DNA of 64,000 nt, from IMG/VR virus record IMGVR_UViG_3300022868_000009, positions 280,635 to 344,634 of that record; one strand, given 5' to 3'. Position 1 is the first letter of the stretch. Each line of letters starts with the position of its first letter. Both the position numbers and the translations under genes were made by a program. The notes beneath the pieces are model-generated. The model was not told the DNA's origin. It made no database searches and saw only the letters and a list, made by a program, of their open reading frames with translations. This document shows positions 1-11,524 of this stretch, piece by piece.

Positions 1-261
1 ATAGAAACTTATAAAGTATTTGATTTAGAAGATTATCAAATAAACGCAAGAAACCTTAAACTAGGTGGGTATGAAATAAAATATAGATTTACACAAAATA
101 ATGGAAGATCATATACAGAATGGGAAAATTTAACAACAGAAAATTTAAAAACATTAAGATTAGATGAATTAAGATTTGCTAATGTACAATATTTAATTAA
201 AAATATTGGTACAGACACATTTATAATCAATGATATTACGTTAATAGGAGATTTTCAAAAT

Positions 262-1920
262 GTGTCTGCTGATTATATAAAAGTAAACAGATATGGATTA
301 AGAGAAGATTGTATAACATTTTTTCAAAATACAACCGTAGGTATTAATGCATTTAATAAAAATGCATTAACAAACGGATTAAGTTGTTATCAAAATCCAT
401 TAACCGATCTAGAAAATAAAGATAAATCTGGGTTTTGGAATCCTTATGACTTTGATAAAATAGTAGGATTAGCTAATCTATTTGGGGGACATGTTTCAGA
501 TATTGCTGGATGGACTTCAACTTATTGTTTAGCTGATCCAGACGGAAACGGTATAGATAAATATTTACATGAACATCAACTTAAAAATATAATTGATATG
601 CAAGATGTAAAAATAATAATTCCAGAAAATAAATTTCCAAACGAAACTATCAAAATAAATATATTTAACTTAGATCTTTTTGATACATTTGAAGTTCATA
701 TTATGAAAGACCCATTCAAAGAAGCTTTTGGAATAACAAAAAGACCAGGTGAAGATGATATAGTGTACATATGCGAATCAAATCGATTATTTAGAGTTAA
801 ACATGCTCAAGCATTTAGAGAAGTTATGAATGCATCAACTTATTATAAAGTTATTCTAGAAAAATATGAAGATAGAAAAAATATTCAATTTATTGATGAA
901 GATGCAAAAGATTTAATCGATGAATTAACTAAAAATACTTCTATAGATGAAATACTTGGTATTGAAAATGAACAAGATGAAGATAAAATCTCAAATAAAG
1001 AACAAACATATACATTATCATTTGATAAAATAAGAGCAGAAATACACAAAGACGTACTATTTGAAAATTATAATATAAATCAAGATAATACAACAATTTC
1101 AAAATCTCAATATGATTTCAAAGATGTAATTGGTAATACTGCTGTAGATTATTTAAAAACAGACCCTACATTAGGAAAAGGTAATAATAGGTCTTTTATT
1201 ACTTGGTTTAATTTTAATTATAAATATACATCAGAAAATTATTTATCTAATGAAGTATTTGATGCATATACACCAACTAAAAATGCAGTATTTCCTCTAT
1301 TATATAATTATGATACTACTGAAAAATTAGGTTATAGATACTGGTTAGAATATGATAAATTAATATTTCAAATAAATGAAAAATATTTCAGTTTAGAATA
1401 TAATTTTATGACTGGTATATGGTACGGTATAATAATAAACCTAAACCAAAAACAAGGATCAATATCACTGGATATTTATAAAAGAAGTTATGATATTGAA
1501 ATTACAATGTTTAATAAAGACTACGAAAAAATCACAATGACAACAGAAGATACAATAGAAAACAGTCACGAACAATATAATACAGGTTATACATATACTG
1601 ATGCAATTGCTGATGGTTATGAACCTGTTAAAAATATCCAGAATATATATTCTGTTACAGATGATAACTTGACAAATGTTAGTAGTATAACATATGAAAA
1701 TATTGAACCTTCAGAATTCTCACATGATCAATCTATTAAAATTATAGGTTCAGATATACAATATACAAACTTAAGGTTATTCAATGACGTTATTAAAGAA
1801 GAAAGCCAAGAAAATTTATTAAAACAATTTATTATCAAAGATGCACAATATTTAATTTTATCAGACAACTCATCAAAACAAGTCATAACAACAAATTATT
1901 GGAACAAAAATTTTAAATAA
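262..1920 (+). CDS. Virion neck/head-closure protein (T4 gp14-like N-terminal part) with C-terminal beta-rich extension
   Basis: Segment 'RPGEDDIVYICESNRLFRVKHAQAFREVMNASTYYKVILEKYE' resembles the gp14-family pattern; lies near baseplate gene. Confidence 0.5.
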   Translation: MSADYIKVNRYGLREDCITFFQNTTVGINAFNKNALTNGLSCYQNPLTDLENKDKSGFWNPYDFDKIVGLANLFGGHVSDIAGWTSTYCLADPDGNGIDKYLHEHQLKNIIDMQDVKIIIPENKFPNETIKINIFNLDLFDTFEVHIMKDPFKEAFGITKRPGEDDIVYICESNRLFRVKHAQAFREVMNASTYYKVILEKYEDRKNIQFIDEDAKDLIDELTKNTSIDEILGIENEQDEDKISNKEQTYTLSFDKIRAEIHKDVLFENYNINQDNTTISKSQYDFKDVIGNTAVDYLKTDPTLGKGNNRSFITWFNFNYKYTSENYLSNEVFDAYTPTKNAVFPLLYNYDTTEKLGYRYWLEYDKLIFQINEKYFSLEYNFMTGIWYGIIINLNQKQGSISLDIYKRSYDIEITMFNKDYEKITMTTEDTIENSHEQYNTGYTYTDAIADGYEPVKNIQNIYSVTDDNLTNVSSITYENIEPSEFSHDQSIKIIGSDIQYTNLRLFNDVIKEESQENLLKQFIIKDAQYLILSDNSSKQVITTNYWNKNFK

Positions 1921-1947
1921 TGAAATTCCTCAAATAGAAATAACCCA

Positions 1948-1977
1948 AAAAAAAGAGCGCCGAAGCACTCTTTTTTT
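1948..1977. terminator. Bidirectional intrinsic terminator
   Basis: A-run, gagcgc/gcactc stem, T-run between convergent genes. Confidence 0.75.
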
Positions 1978-2851
1978 ATTTTAATGTTATCAAATTTAAA
2001 GGATCCAGTGTCTTATCATTATAATATATTTCATAATGTAAATGAGATCCAGTTGATAAACCAGTACTACCAACATAAGCTATAACATCATCAACATCTA
2101 CTGTATCACCTAATTCAACGTTAAAATTAGATAAATGAGCGTATAATGTTTTATAACCATTTTGATGATTAATAACTAATCTGTTGCCATATCCGATTCT
2201 AGAATATATTTTCATAGTCACAATACCTTTACCAGGTGAATATATATCTGCACCATATTCTGTGTCTAAATCTATACCATCATGGAAATCTATTTTTTTA
2301 GTTATAGGATGTTTCCTATAACCATATCCTGATGTTATCCGATTAAGATCAATTGTTGATATTGGAGAACGATATGGTATATATTCCAATTCATTAACAT
2401 AATCTGAAAGTTCGTTATATGACTCTTTTTGAATTTTGAGTCTAGTTTCAAATTTATCAACATTCAAATATGAATCTTTTATAAAAGATTCTAAATCTTC
2501 GTCAAATAAAAAGATATTTTTATATCTTTCAACACCACCAAATCCACCATTTCTATCATATGGTATTTCATTAACTCCAAGTACATTTCTAAACATTGAA
2601 TCGTTTTTTTCAAAATCCATTAATGCTGTTTTTAAAAGTGTAACTTTGTTGTTAATTTTTTGGTAGGTGTTTGTTAGGGCTTTTTTATCATTTTTTAGTT
2701 CAATATTTTCTCTACTTTTATCAATAGAAATAATATTAACTGTTAAAAACAATAATAATAAAAGTAAAACCCAATTTTTTTTGAAAAAGATTTTTTTCTT
2801 TTCATTTTTCATCTTTAATTTTTGTTTTTTAAGACTTGTAACCCCAACCAT
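1976..2851 (-). CDS. M23 family metallopeptidase with N-terminal membrane anchor and coiled coil
   Basis: HDGID, YAHL and HLHYE motifs; hydrophobic segment WVLLLLLLFLTVNII. Confidence 0.92.
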   Translation of the reverse strand: MVGVTSLKKQKLKMKNEKKKIFFKKNWVLLLLLLFLTVNIISIDKSRENIELKNDKKALTNTYQKINNKVTLLKTALMDFEKNDSMFRNVLGVNEIPYDRNGGFGGVERYKNIFLFDEDLESFIKDSYLNVDKFETRLKIQKESYNELSDYVNELEYIPYRSPISTIDLNRITSGYGYRKHPITKKIDFHDGIDLDTEYGADIYSPGKGIVTMKIYSRIGYGNRLVINHQNGYKTLYAHLSNFNVELGDTVDVDDVIAYVGSTGLSTGSHLHYEIYYNDKTLDPLNLITLK

Positions 2852-3082
2852 TTTAGTGTAATATTACTAAAGTAGTATCAATATTCAATTTTAATTTAAA
2901 ATCTTCCAAAGTCATATAAAATGAAAGATTACAGTCTAGTAACGATTTATATATAAAAATAAATTACTCAAAAAATTCTAAAAACACGAATTAATTATAA
3001 TTAGATTTATTTATTTAGTTTGAAAAAATTTTTTGGCATGAAAATTGTATTATATTAAATATAAAAACTTAAAAAATATATT

Positions 3083-4147
3083 ATGAAAACACTACTTTTA
3101 ACAATTTTACTCGCAATTACAACATTATTCTCATATTCACAAATAGATGAATATGATGATGTTTATTATTCTCCTCTAAAAGAGAAAGATACTATATATA
3201 TAGTGGATACTATATACACAGACACAACAGTTGAAAAAAACACACACGTAACGAATAACTATTATGATGATAATGATTATGAAGATTATTATTACACAAA
3301 AAGAATCCAAAGATTTCATAGATATTATAATTATGATTACTATTCAACGTATTATTCAGATTACTATTTTTTATTTGATATAGGTGGTGTTGATTTTTAC
3401 TTTACAAATTATTATTATCCATATTATTACGGACATTATTATAGACCATATCATTATCATTATTATAGACCATATTATTATTCATACTACAATAATTATC
3501 ACTACTGGGGATATAATCATTATTATTATAATTATAATGGATGGAATAATGGACATAACTATGGATATCATAATAATGAACAATATACCAACAACAATAA
3601 TATTTATTATGGACACAGAAATAATTCAATTACAAATGGATCTAGAGGAAATAACAATAGAACAGATAATGTTGCAGTTTCAACTAATACAAAAAACCCA
3701 ACTAGTAACCCTACATCTTATAGTCACAAACAAGACCAGTCACACACACCTGTTGCAACTAATACTTTAGAAAATAAAAAACCTTATACAAGACCTTCAA
3801 ATTATAGTAAAGATAAAAGTCCATATACAGAATTATTAAATGGTTCAGAAAATAAAAAACCATATAATAAACCTAATTTTAGACCTAACAATACAAAGAA
3901 ACCTACTAACACATACACTAAACCTAACAATAAACCAACTTATAAACCAACTTATAAACCATCTAGTTCAAGATCAAGTTATTCTAAACCTAGTAGAAGT
4001 TCATCAAATTATTCTAGACCAAGTTCAAAATCAAGTTACTCTAGACCTAGTTCTAGTAGAAGTTCATCAAGTTACTCTAGACCTAGTTCTAGTAGAAGTT
4101 CATCAAGTTCATCAAGACCATCTAGTAGAAGTGGTGGGCGAAGATAA
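3083..4147 (+). CDS. Secreted low-complexity protein (signal peptide, Tyr-rich middle, Ser/Arg-rich tail), Bacteroidota-like
   Basis: MKTLLLTILLAITTLFSYSQ leader, DDVYYSP motif, YSRPSSSRSSS repeats, ends GGRR. Confidence 0.65.
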   Translation: MKTLLLTILLAITTLFSYSQIDEYDDVYYSPLKEKDTIYIVDTIYTDTTVEKNTHVTNNYYDDNDYEDYYYTKRIQRFHRYYNYDYYSTYYSDYYFLFDIGGVDFYFTNYYYPYYYGHYYRPYHYHYYRPYYYSYYNNYHYWGYNHYYYNYNGWNNGHNYGYHNNEQYTNNNNIYYGHRNNSITNGSRGNNNRTDNVAVSTNTKNPTSNPTSYSHKQDQSHTPVATNTLENKKPYTRPSNYSKDKSPYTELLNGSENKKPYNKPNFRPNNTKKPTNTYTKPNNKPTYKPTYKPSSSRSSYSKPSRSSSNYSRPSSKSSYSRPSSSRSSSSYSRPSSSRSSSSSSRPSSRSGGRR

Positions 4148-4156
4148 TCGTTCATA

Positions 4157-4185
4157 AAAAAACCTCTCGATTGAGAGGTTTTTTT
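4157..4185. terminator. Bidirectional intrinsic terminator
   Basis: aaaaaacctctc-gatt-gagaggtttttt. Confidence 0.85.
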
Positions 4186-4191
4186 ATGCGA

Positions 4192-4584
4192 CTATTTATA
4201 TAATAACCGTATTAAATCTTGTGTAATTATTTTAATCAATTTTTGATCACCAACTTGAACATCTGGTATATTCTTAAGAATAGAAAAATTGTCATTTCCC
4301 TCAATAACTAAATTTTCAATGTGTTGGTACATTTCTAAATCTTTTTTATAATATTCTTTAAGAGATTCTACAAATTTCTGACAATTAAATCCAACTCTAT
4401 TATTATATTTTATCATTTGTAAATCTTCACCTTCATTACTATCTTTTTCAATAATAAAATACCATAATTTTTTCTTAGAAACTTTTATATTTTCTAATAC
4501 ATTATAAGCTTTACTAGCTTGAACATTTTTTGGAAATGTAGCTACTTTACCATAAAAATTTACATCACTTGTATTACCTGTCAT
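4192..4584 (-). CDS. Hypothetical protein
   Basis: 130-aa ORF, gatatata motif upstream. Confidence 0.7.
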   Translation of the reverse strand: MTGNTSDVNFYGKVATFPKNVQASKAYNVLENIKVSKKKLWYFIIEKDSNEGEDLQMIKYNNRVGFNCQKFVESLKEYYKKDLEMYQHIENLVIEGNDNFSILKNIPDVQVGDQKLIKIITQDLIRLLYK

Positions 4585-4655
4585 ATTTTATATTAAGATT
4601 TTAAGATTTTAATTATATATCTTCTTATAGAAGTCTAAAAAAGTCAAAAATTTTA

Positions 4656-4910
4656 TTAATTATTATGTTTATCATAATACTTATCAACATTATAATTCCA
4701 AAAATTTCTTAATACTAAATTTGAATTAATTACATCAATAGCAAGTTTTTGAAGCCATCCTAAAAATTCATATGTAGTATCATTATGTAAAAGATAACCA
4801 GAAGTCATTTTCTCAACCAATTTATTCTCATAATCAACCCCAGTATTTTTTAAATTATCATTTCTGTGTTTTAATTCATACAATTCTCTTATATGTCTAT
4901 CTTTTTCCAT
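4656..4910 (-). CDS. Small baseplate-associated hypothetical protein
   Basis: Translationally coupled to the wedge gene. Confidence 0.5.
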   Translation of the reverse strand: MEKDRHIRELYELKHRNDNLKNTGVDYENKLVEKMTSGYLLHNDTTYEFLGWLQKLAIDVINSNLVLRNFWNYNVDKYYDKHNN

Positions 4911-6862
4911 TATACAGTTTTATTCTCTTTCTTAGTAACACCATCAAATATTATATTAATACTTGTTAAACCATCAGAATCTGGATTCTCATTGTAATAT
5001 AAATTGTCTCTATCTTTCCAACCACCTCTTATAATAGCATATTCATCTTTACTAATAATAATATCACCATGCACTGGGTCTAAACCTATTATAGCATTAT
5101 TATCATAAGAATTTACTTTATCTTTATCATTAATAACCAATTCACTTATAGGTGTTATACTTTTTGTATTTATACTAACAATAGATTTTTTTGATAATTT
5201 AGAAAATTTTAAATTTTTTTGTTTCAAACCTTTTTGAATTAAATTAGAATTTCTTGCATGATAATCTTCATTATTTTGACTTACAAAATGAATATCAATA
5301 GAATCAACACCATCAACTCCTTTTAAAATTTTGATTAAATCTGATTTTACTATTCTATCAAATCTTTCGTTATTTAATAAATAATCAGACATTTTAGATA
5401 TAATATCTTGTTTAATATTAGTTTCAATAACATCATCATATCTTCTAACATAAACATAAGAAACATATTTAGTTATCTTAGGTTGAATTATAACCAATTC
5501 AGAAGTCATACTCAATATACCCATTTTTTTAATATAATTAACAATTTTTTGCTGTTCTACATCATCTAAATAAAATACATCAACAGGAACATTAAAATAA
5601 TTAACACTATCAGTAAAATAATTAGATATTTTAGGTATCAAGTATAAATAAATTTGATTGTCATTTGTATTACTAAAATACTCATAATAAGCATTCTCAA
5701 AATTTATCATTTTGTTTTGAATATATGCACTACTCTTGCCATTTGAAATAGATTTTTTTAATTCTTGCATCTTTGTATTGATAACAGTAGATGTAATATT
5801 AGAACCAAAGTTATTATCATCAGACTTATTAAAAGCATTTATTTTACTAAACATATTTAATCTCTTTAAATGAAATATAAATTGTGGAGGAGTAGATAAA
5901 ATAAAATTCCTAGAAACATAAGGAATTAAAGATTTTGTAAATTTAGGTGATTCGCCATTACTAGACAATCCAATATTAACATCAACTTCAATATTAAATA
6001 AATCTTCCATTTCTAAAGAATTACCATCACTATCATTAATCATATCAATAAACGTCCAATCATTATTAATTGGATTTAAAATATCACCCCTTTGACCTTC
6101 TGTTAATAAATATTTAACTTCTATAATTGAACCTAATGCAGGTATAAAACCAAAATCATCAGTACCAAATTCAACATCTACACCACCATTAAAACCTGTT
6201 TTAACAACACATGATAATTCACCAGATGTCATACTATATTTATGTTCTTTAATAGTTAATGGATAACCATTAACATAAACTAAAACATTAAAATTTTCAA
6301 TTAAAGATTCACTAGAAATATTAACACTTATAGATTGATCAGGCTCTGCAGCACCAGTAAAAGTTTGAGTTTCAAATTGACCTTGAATAATATTTGCAAA
6401 AAATTGTGTACTTGTGTTCATATTATAAATATTAGAATCAGTACCAAGTACGATAGAATATTTTAAATTATTCGTTTTATTTTTAACAACAGTATAATTA
6501 TTAATAGTAAATGTGCCAGAAGATATTTCCTCATTAATATTAATACCTGGTTTTAATTTAAACATTAATGTACCTGTAGCACTAATCGGTCTAGTAGGGC
6601 TATGTCCTGCAATTCTAGATATATTCCAAATAACTTTAGGATCAATTGTTTGTTCAATATTTATTTGTTCAACCGATCTTTTTTGATAAATCATAGTATG
6701 TCTAAAAACCTCTTCAATGAAAATTAACATTTGACCATAAGGGGAACTAGAATTAAAAAGAAGATCAGATTTCTGATACTGGTTTCGTAACCAAGTATTA
6801 GTTTGATTTACAAGACTATCAAATTTTAATTCTATAAAATTAAATATATTCTTTGCAGGCAT
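4910..6862 (-). CDS. Baseplate wedge subunit (T4 gp6-like)
   Basis: N-terminal 'FDSLVNQTNTWLR...SPYGQML...SRIAGHSPTRPISATGTL', 'VEFGTDDFGFIP', 'YLLTEGQRG' match gp6/baseplate-J architecture. Confidence 0.8.
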   Translation of the reverse strand: MPAKNIFNFIELKFDSLVNQTNTWLRNQYQKSDLLFNSSSPYGQMLIFIEEVFRHTMIYQKRSVEQINIEQTIDPKVIWNISRIAGHSPTRPISATGTLMFKLKPGININEEISSGTFTINNYTVVKNKTNNLKYSIVLGTDSNIYNMNTSTQFFANIIQGQFETQTFTGAAEPDQSISVNISSESLIENFNVLVYVNGYPLTIKEHKYSMTSGELSCVVKTGFNGGVDVEFGTDDFGFIPALGSIIEVKYLLTEGQRGDILNPINNDWTFIDMINDSDGNSLEMEDLFNIEVDVNIGLSSNGESPKFTKSLIPYVSRNFILSTPPQFIFHLKRLNMFSKINAFNKSDDNNFGSNITSTVINTKMQELKKSISNGKSSAYIQNKMINFENAYYEYFSNTNDNQIYLYLIPKISNYFTDSVNYFNVPVDVFYLDDVEQQKIVNYIKKMGILSMTSELVIIQPKITKYVSYVYVRRYDDVIETNIKQDIISKMSDYLLNNERFDRIVKSDLIKILKGVDGVDSIDIHFVSQNNEDYHARNSNLIQKGLKQKNLKFSKLSKKSIVSINTKSITPISELVINDKDKVNSYDNNAIIGLDPVHGDIIISKDEYAIIRGGWKDRDNLYYNENPDSDGLTSINIIFDGVTKKENKTV

Positions 6863-7518
6863 TATTGTCTAATATTATTTTTTAAAACATCTCCAACTGT
6901 CTCCACAATTGTTGTTAAATTATTTTTTTCAACATGTATAAATTTATCATATATTTGAAAATCAAATTTAAATAAACCATCTCTTTCTTTTGTAATATTT
7001 AATTTAACATCATGTTTATTACTAACATTAATATCAAAATTAAACGCTAAATATTTACACGGAACCATAGTAACTTGTGGATCATATTTAAAACCATAAA
7101 TAGATATTTCATTAACATCATTTTTAGAAAACCATTCATTAATCATAACAGCAGGCGAATTAATAAATTCCGATAAAATTTTTATATTTTTTCCAAATTT
7201 ATTTTTCTTAAAAACATTAGAAAGATTTTTTTTAAACTCATCTATATCTTCAAAATAAATAGCCTTATATAAACAATTAATATCATATAAATATAAGCAT
7301 TCATTTTTAGTTAAATATTGTTTATCTGAATCAACAACAAATATCAACTTTGTATGTAACACTTGTGTTTTCTTATAATATAATTTATTAAAAGCAACAA
7401 CCAATTTCAAATCATCAGAACCTTCTATTTTCTCATAAACATGATCGACAGTTAAAACTTGACTATCATCAAATTTTTCTTTCGTAGCTTTATATATTTC
7501 GTCAATACTTATATTCAT
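6862..7518 (-). CDS. Hypothetical protein in structural operon
   Basis: Coupled to both neighbours. Confidence 0.7.
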   Translation of the reverse strand: MNISIDEIYKATKEKFDDSQVLTVDHVYEKIEGSDDLKLVVAFNKLYYKKTQVLHTKLIFVVDSDKQYLTKNECLYLYDINCLYKAIYFEDIDEFKKNLSNVFKKNKFGKNIKILSEFINSPAVMINEWFSKNDVNEISIYGFKYDPQVTMVPCKYLAFNFDINVSNKHDVKLNITKERDGLFKFDFQIYDKFIHVEKNNLTTIVETVGDVLKNNIRQ

Positions 7519-10127
7519 TATAATAATTTTCTTGTTATTTCATATCTTTCTGAAACTGTAGACGTATTAGATTCATCAACTCTTAATATTCTAATATTCA
7601 TTCCTTTATAATAATTCATATCAGAATAATTTTTCATAGTTAAACCACTACTAGTACTATCCAAATTAATATTATAGTAATATGTTGTTCCAGTCATACC
7701 AGTTGATTGTATCGTATAAACGCCTGTTAAATCTACAACAGTATCTCCACTATTAAAATAAAAATTGTCTACATAAACTGTATCACCAGATTGAAATATA
7801 GGATATTTATAAGGTTCTAAATAAAGTGAACTAGTTGAACCACTAACAAATGTTATTAACCTTTCATTAACATTAGTATGATTATAATAAGAATTTGCAT
7901 ATGTAGAACCAGTTGGATTCGAAGAATTATATTCATATAAATCCACTGGTAAATTAACACTAAACAATCTAATCTCTGAATTTGAATCACCGTCATAAAA
8001 ATTCATATTCACATTTAACTTATTTAACACCGATGTCATATTTGCATCAATAGTTATATCCATAACTTGCGCATATTCTAAATCTTTTGTTAACATAATA
8101 TATAATTCACCACCAAAATCAACAATATCATCATTATCAACTGTCAATTTAACTTGATTAGTTGTCGGTATAATTATTGGATAACTTGTACCACTAGCAG
8201 TTTGGTTATAATTATATATTTCAGTTGAAGTTATATCATATATTTCTGAATATTCAGAATTCAAAGCTCTCATTCTCAATGTAGGATAATTACCTGTATA
8301 ATCAGTTTCTATTTTAATTGAAGGTGAATCCACAAATTGATAAGTAGAATATAAAGTTAACAATTCTTCTAAATTAATAATTTGTGATTTAATTAAATCT
8401 AAATCTGTTTGAGAATAAATCAAACTTTTTATGTTCCATAACTCTTCATGAAAATAAGTATATCCACTTAAAACTTTCATATAATTATCACTCATTTGAG
8501 CATTTGTCTGCAATATTCTCTTATATAAATCTAGACTAAATGAATTATAGATACTAGTTGGATCATAACTCATAGGCAAAACATCATTATCAATATCATA
8601 ATTTATATTTAATATAAAATCATAACTAACACCATCTTGTACCCCGTTACTCACATATTTTGGATATGGTCTTATTAATGTGCCATCTGGATCAACTGCA
8701 CCATCCAAATCGTTATTTGGATTATTAAGAAATTCTACACCATATAAATTAGTTGTAATATTTCCTGATCCATCATCAATTTCATAATACCATAAAATAG
8801 CATTAAAATAAAAATCAGAAGGAGCCTCGTTATTATAACTATAACTATTAAATTCATTAAATGTTTCTAAATTAGCAATAGTCATTTTATAATAATGTTC
8901 TGTTTCAAAGTCAATTGTTAAACCATCAATATCATCTGAATTAAAACTAACAAGACTCTCGACATAATCAGATTGATCTAAATCAACATTATTAGTTAAT
9001 TCTATACCATAATAATTTCCTTTTTTCCTCAATTTATCACCACTTGAACAAATATATGTTTTATCGTCTGTATCAAAATAACCAAAATAAGAGCCTGGAT
9101 AATCAGACGGATTTAATCTTATAGGAGAATTCAATGATTCTGCGCCCATAATTTCATCTTGTATTTCTTCTGGAATAATAGGTAATTCTAAATTTGGATA
9201 ATAATTATTATTATCTTCTATTTTAAATAAGATATTTGGAGTTTGACCCTCGTGATGAGGAATCTTAGCTATTATCTCATTGTAATTTCTTCTACTTGTC
9301 TGTACTTGGCTATCTACTTGTGTATCACCAGCATATTGTATAAATCTAGTATAATCTAAATAAATTGTAGCCGATTCGCTGATTATACTATGTACAGTAG
9401 AACCTAAATCAAGATATGTTATACTGCCAACAACAGTCACATTTTCAATTGTGTATGTTGTGTCTACTAAATATATGTTTGTTGTACCTGAAAAATTAAC
9501 TTCATCACCAATTTTGAATTTAGCAACACTTGATATTTCCACACTTATTGTACCACCACTGTAGTAACCAGTTGAACTATCTACAACACAACTATAATAA
9601 TTAATTTCTCTTTCTTTCCATAAATACTCTCTAAAATAATCTGTATTAGTTACAGTAGATGCATTCGGATTTTGAAAATCAGGAAGATTTTTATCCCAGT
9701 CTACCAAATGTACACCTGGTTCAAAATCCATCAAATTTAATTTTCTACACCATTTCCAAAAAATCATTTCGGTAGGTGTTTGTAACTCTGATATATTGTA
9801 GAAATCCGTGTTCGAGTTTATTCTACTTTCTCGTTCAACATCATCATAATTAGCAACATAATTTCTTAATGATTCAATTAAATTATCACCAAATGATAAA
9901 GCAGGTGGACTTGGTTCATAACAGAAAAAGTCTCCTTTTTTATTGGTTGTAATATCAAAATTTAATGTATCTCCAGATTGATTTGGAAAATTAAGACATA
10001 CAAATTTTGTAAAATTTACTTTGAAATTCTGATTATTATGCGCTTGATTAATATCTTCTGCTGCACTTGGAAAAGCATAAAAACTTGTTCCACGTTCTTT
10101 CATTGCTTTGTAAAGTGGTGTAGCCAT
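7518..10127 (-). CDS. Large probable virion structural protein
   Basis: 869 aa, Ser/Thr/Gly-rich beta segments, first gene of baseplate operon, AATATATA upstream. Confidence 0.55.
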   Translation of the reverse strand: MATPLYKAMKERGTSFYAFPSAAEDINQAHNNQNFKVNFTKFVCLNFPNQSGDTLNFDITTNKKGDFFCYEPSPPALSFGDNLIESLRNYVANYDDVERESRINSNTDFYNISELQTPTEMIFWKWCRKLNLMDFEPGVHLVDWDKNLPDFQNPNASTVTNTDYFREYLWKEREINYYSCVVDSSTGYYSGGTISVEISSVAKFKIGDEVNFSGTTNIYLVDTTYTIENVTVVGSITYLDLGSTVHSIISESATIYLDYTRFIQYAGDTQVDSQVQTSRRNYNEIIAKIPHHEGQTPNILFKIEDNNNYYPNLELPIIPEEIQDEIMGAESLNSPIRLNPSDYPGSYFGYFDTDDKTYICSSGDKLRKKGNYYGIELTNNVDLDQSDYVESLVSFNSDDIDGLTIDFETEHYYKMTIANLETFNEFNSYSYNNEAPSDFYFNAILWYYEIDDGSGNITTNLYGVEFLNNPNNDLDGAVDPDGTLIRPYPKYVSNGVQDGVSYDFILNINYDIDNDVLPMSYDPTSIYNSFSLDLYKRILQTNAQMSDNYMKVLSGYTYFHEELWNIKSLIYSQTDLDLIKSQIINLEELLTLYSTYQFVDSPSIKIETDYTGNYPTLRMRALNSEYSEIYDITSTEIYNYNQTASGTSYPIIIPTTNQVKLTVDNDDIVDFGGELYIMLTKDLEYAQVMDITIDANMTSVLNKLNVNMNFYDGDSNSEIRLFSVNLPVDLYEYNSSNPTGSTYANSYYNHTNVNERLITFVSGSTSSLYLEPYKYPIFQSGDTVYVDNFYFNSGDTVVDLTGVYTIQSTGMTGTTYYYNINLDSTSSGLTMKNYSDMNYYKGMNIRILRVDESNTSTVSERYEITRKLL

Positions 10128-10150
10128 TTAAATATACTATATTTTTTTAT

Positions 10151-10158
10151 TATATATT
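10151..10158 (-). promoter_or_regulatory. Putative late promoter AATATATA (structural operon)
   Basis: Same octamer sits shortly upstream of many starts (11511, 19217, 19232, 21423, 21444, 53154, 55618, 57979, 58754, 59358, 60379, 62056, 63878). Confidence 0.55.
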
Positions 10159-10226
10159 AAATAAACTCATTCATAATTCAAAAATTTATTTTTAAAACTT
10201 TTAAAAATAAGAACACTAAAATATAA

Positions 10227-10604
10227 ATGAGATGGAAACCCGGTACAATATTTCAGGCAGATGAAAGATTTATTTTTGCAAGAAAAATGATAGATAAAAA
10301 TACACTAATAATTTGTACCAGAGATGATGAATATAAAATGTACAAAAAAATTATCACAGAAAAAATATATTCTAAAGGCAAAGTATTTATAAATAAAAGA
10401 ATAGTAGAAATAAATCTAATGGCTGATGATATTACAAGAAATGGTTCATATTATAAAATAATAAAACCAATGTTTACTCCGTTTAAAAGTGAACACTTAG
10501 CAATAAGACTAGATAAGAATTTTAATAAACTAGAAGAAATAATAGATTTCCAATTAGACAAAATGATAAATCTAAAACTTAGTATTTTTGCCCCTGTCGT
10601 CTAA
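10227..10604 (+). CDS. Hypothetical protein
   Basis: 125-aa ORF. Confidence 0.6.
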   Translation: MRWKPGTIFQADERFIFARKMIDKNTLIICTRDDEYKMYKKIITEKIYSKGKVFINKRIVEINLMADDITRNGSYYKIIKPMFTPFKSEHLAIRLDKNFNKLEEIIDFQLDKMINLKLSIFAPVV

Positions 10605-10976
10605 ATAAACATTTAACATATCATACATACTAATAGCCAGTTTTATCTGAAACTCAACTTCCTTAAACTTACCAGAATTTAACATATTCATCAATTGAAA
10701 TAAAGAATGATCTTTAAAAAGATAAAGAGTTAAACCATCCATTTCTTCTTCATCAACTAACTCTTCAACTTCAATTTTTTGATCCTCAATCTTTTTCTCA
10801 ATTTTTTTCAATTCTTTAGCATCTTTTTTATTTTTAACATCGATATATTGTGTATTTCCAAGAGAATCATGCATATAATATCCAAGTACTTTACCACCAT
10901 GTCCATATACAATTTGAGGCGGTTTATTTATAGGGTATCTGTCCATTTCACTACCAAATAATTTATGAATATCCAT
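10572..10976 (-). CDS. Hypothetical protein
   Basis: 134-aa ORF coupled to HAD gene. Confidence 0.65.
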   Translation of the reverse strand: MDIHKLFGSEMDRYPINKPPQIVYGHGGKVLGYYMHDSLGNTQYIDVKNKKDAKELKKIEKKIEDQKIEVEELVDEEEMDGLTLYLFKDHSLFQLMNMLNSGKFKEVEFQIKLAISMYDMLNVYLDDRGKNTKF

Positions 10977-11400
10977 TTAATATTTTTATTGCTTTTTTAG
11001 ACGAAATTAAACCAAATTCAGCATCTACTTTAATTAAATTATCATATAATCCATCTATATCCATATCATCAATTATAATAAATGATTCTACATCATTTAA
11101 ATATATCCAATGATTAATTTCTTCACTTCTATTTTTATATTCAAAACCAATAGGAGTAACATCTATTATGTTCTTTATACCTCTCTTTTTAAATATTTCT
11201 TGTATTTTTTCTAAACCTGCCGTTCTCCATGTACTAGTCACTACAATTTTCGCATCGGTTTTATTTTGAATTTCGTTGATAAATTTGACTACTTCTGGAT
11301 TAAATTTTGATAATTTATCCTTAGCCTCTTTATAATCAATTGAAATTTGATGTTTTCTAGTTACTAAAACACCATCTATATCCAAAAATATTATTTTCAT
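10963..11400 (-). CDS. HAD-superfamily phosphatase (Swiss-army-knife RNA-repair type)
   Basis: IIFLDIDGVL, VVTSTWR, IIIDD motifs. Confidence 0.85.
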   Translation of the reverse strand: MKIIFLDIDGVLVTRKHQISIDYKEAKDKLSKFNPEVVKFINEIQNKTDAKIVVTSTWRTAGLEKIQEIFKKRGIKNIIDVTPIGFEYKNRSEEINHWIYLNDVESFIIIDDMDIDGLYDNLIKVDAEFGLISSKKAIKILNGYS

Positions 11401-11524
11401 ATTTAATATATATTAAAGAATATAAATCCATTATGAAAAATTTAATGACATGAAAATTGGTTTAAAAAGAAAGCACATCATCGAAGCACTTAAAATGAAT
11501 TTATTATAATAATATATAAAATAT

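Noticed and set aside
3384-4157. Ile/His-rich and other overlapping ORFs inside the 3083 gene
   Set aside because: Shadow frames of low-complexity TAT/AAT and Ser/Arg repeats.
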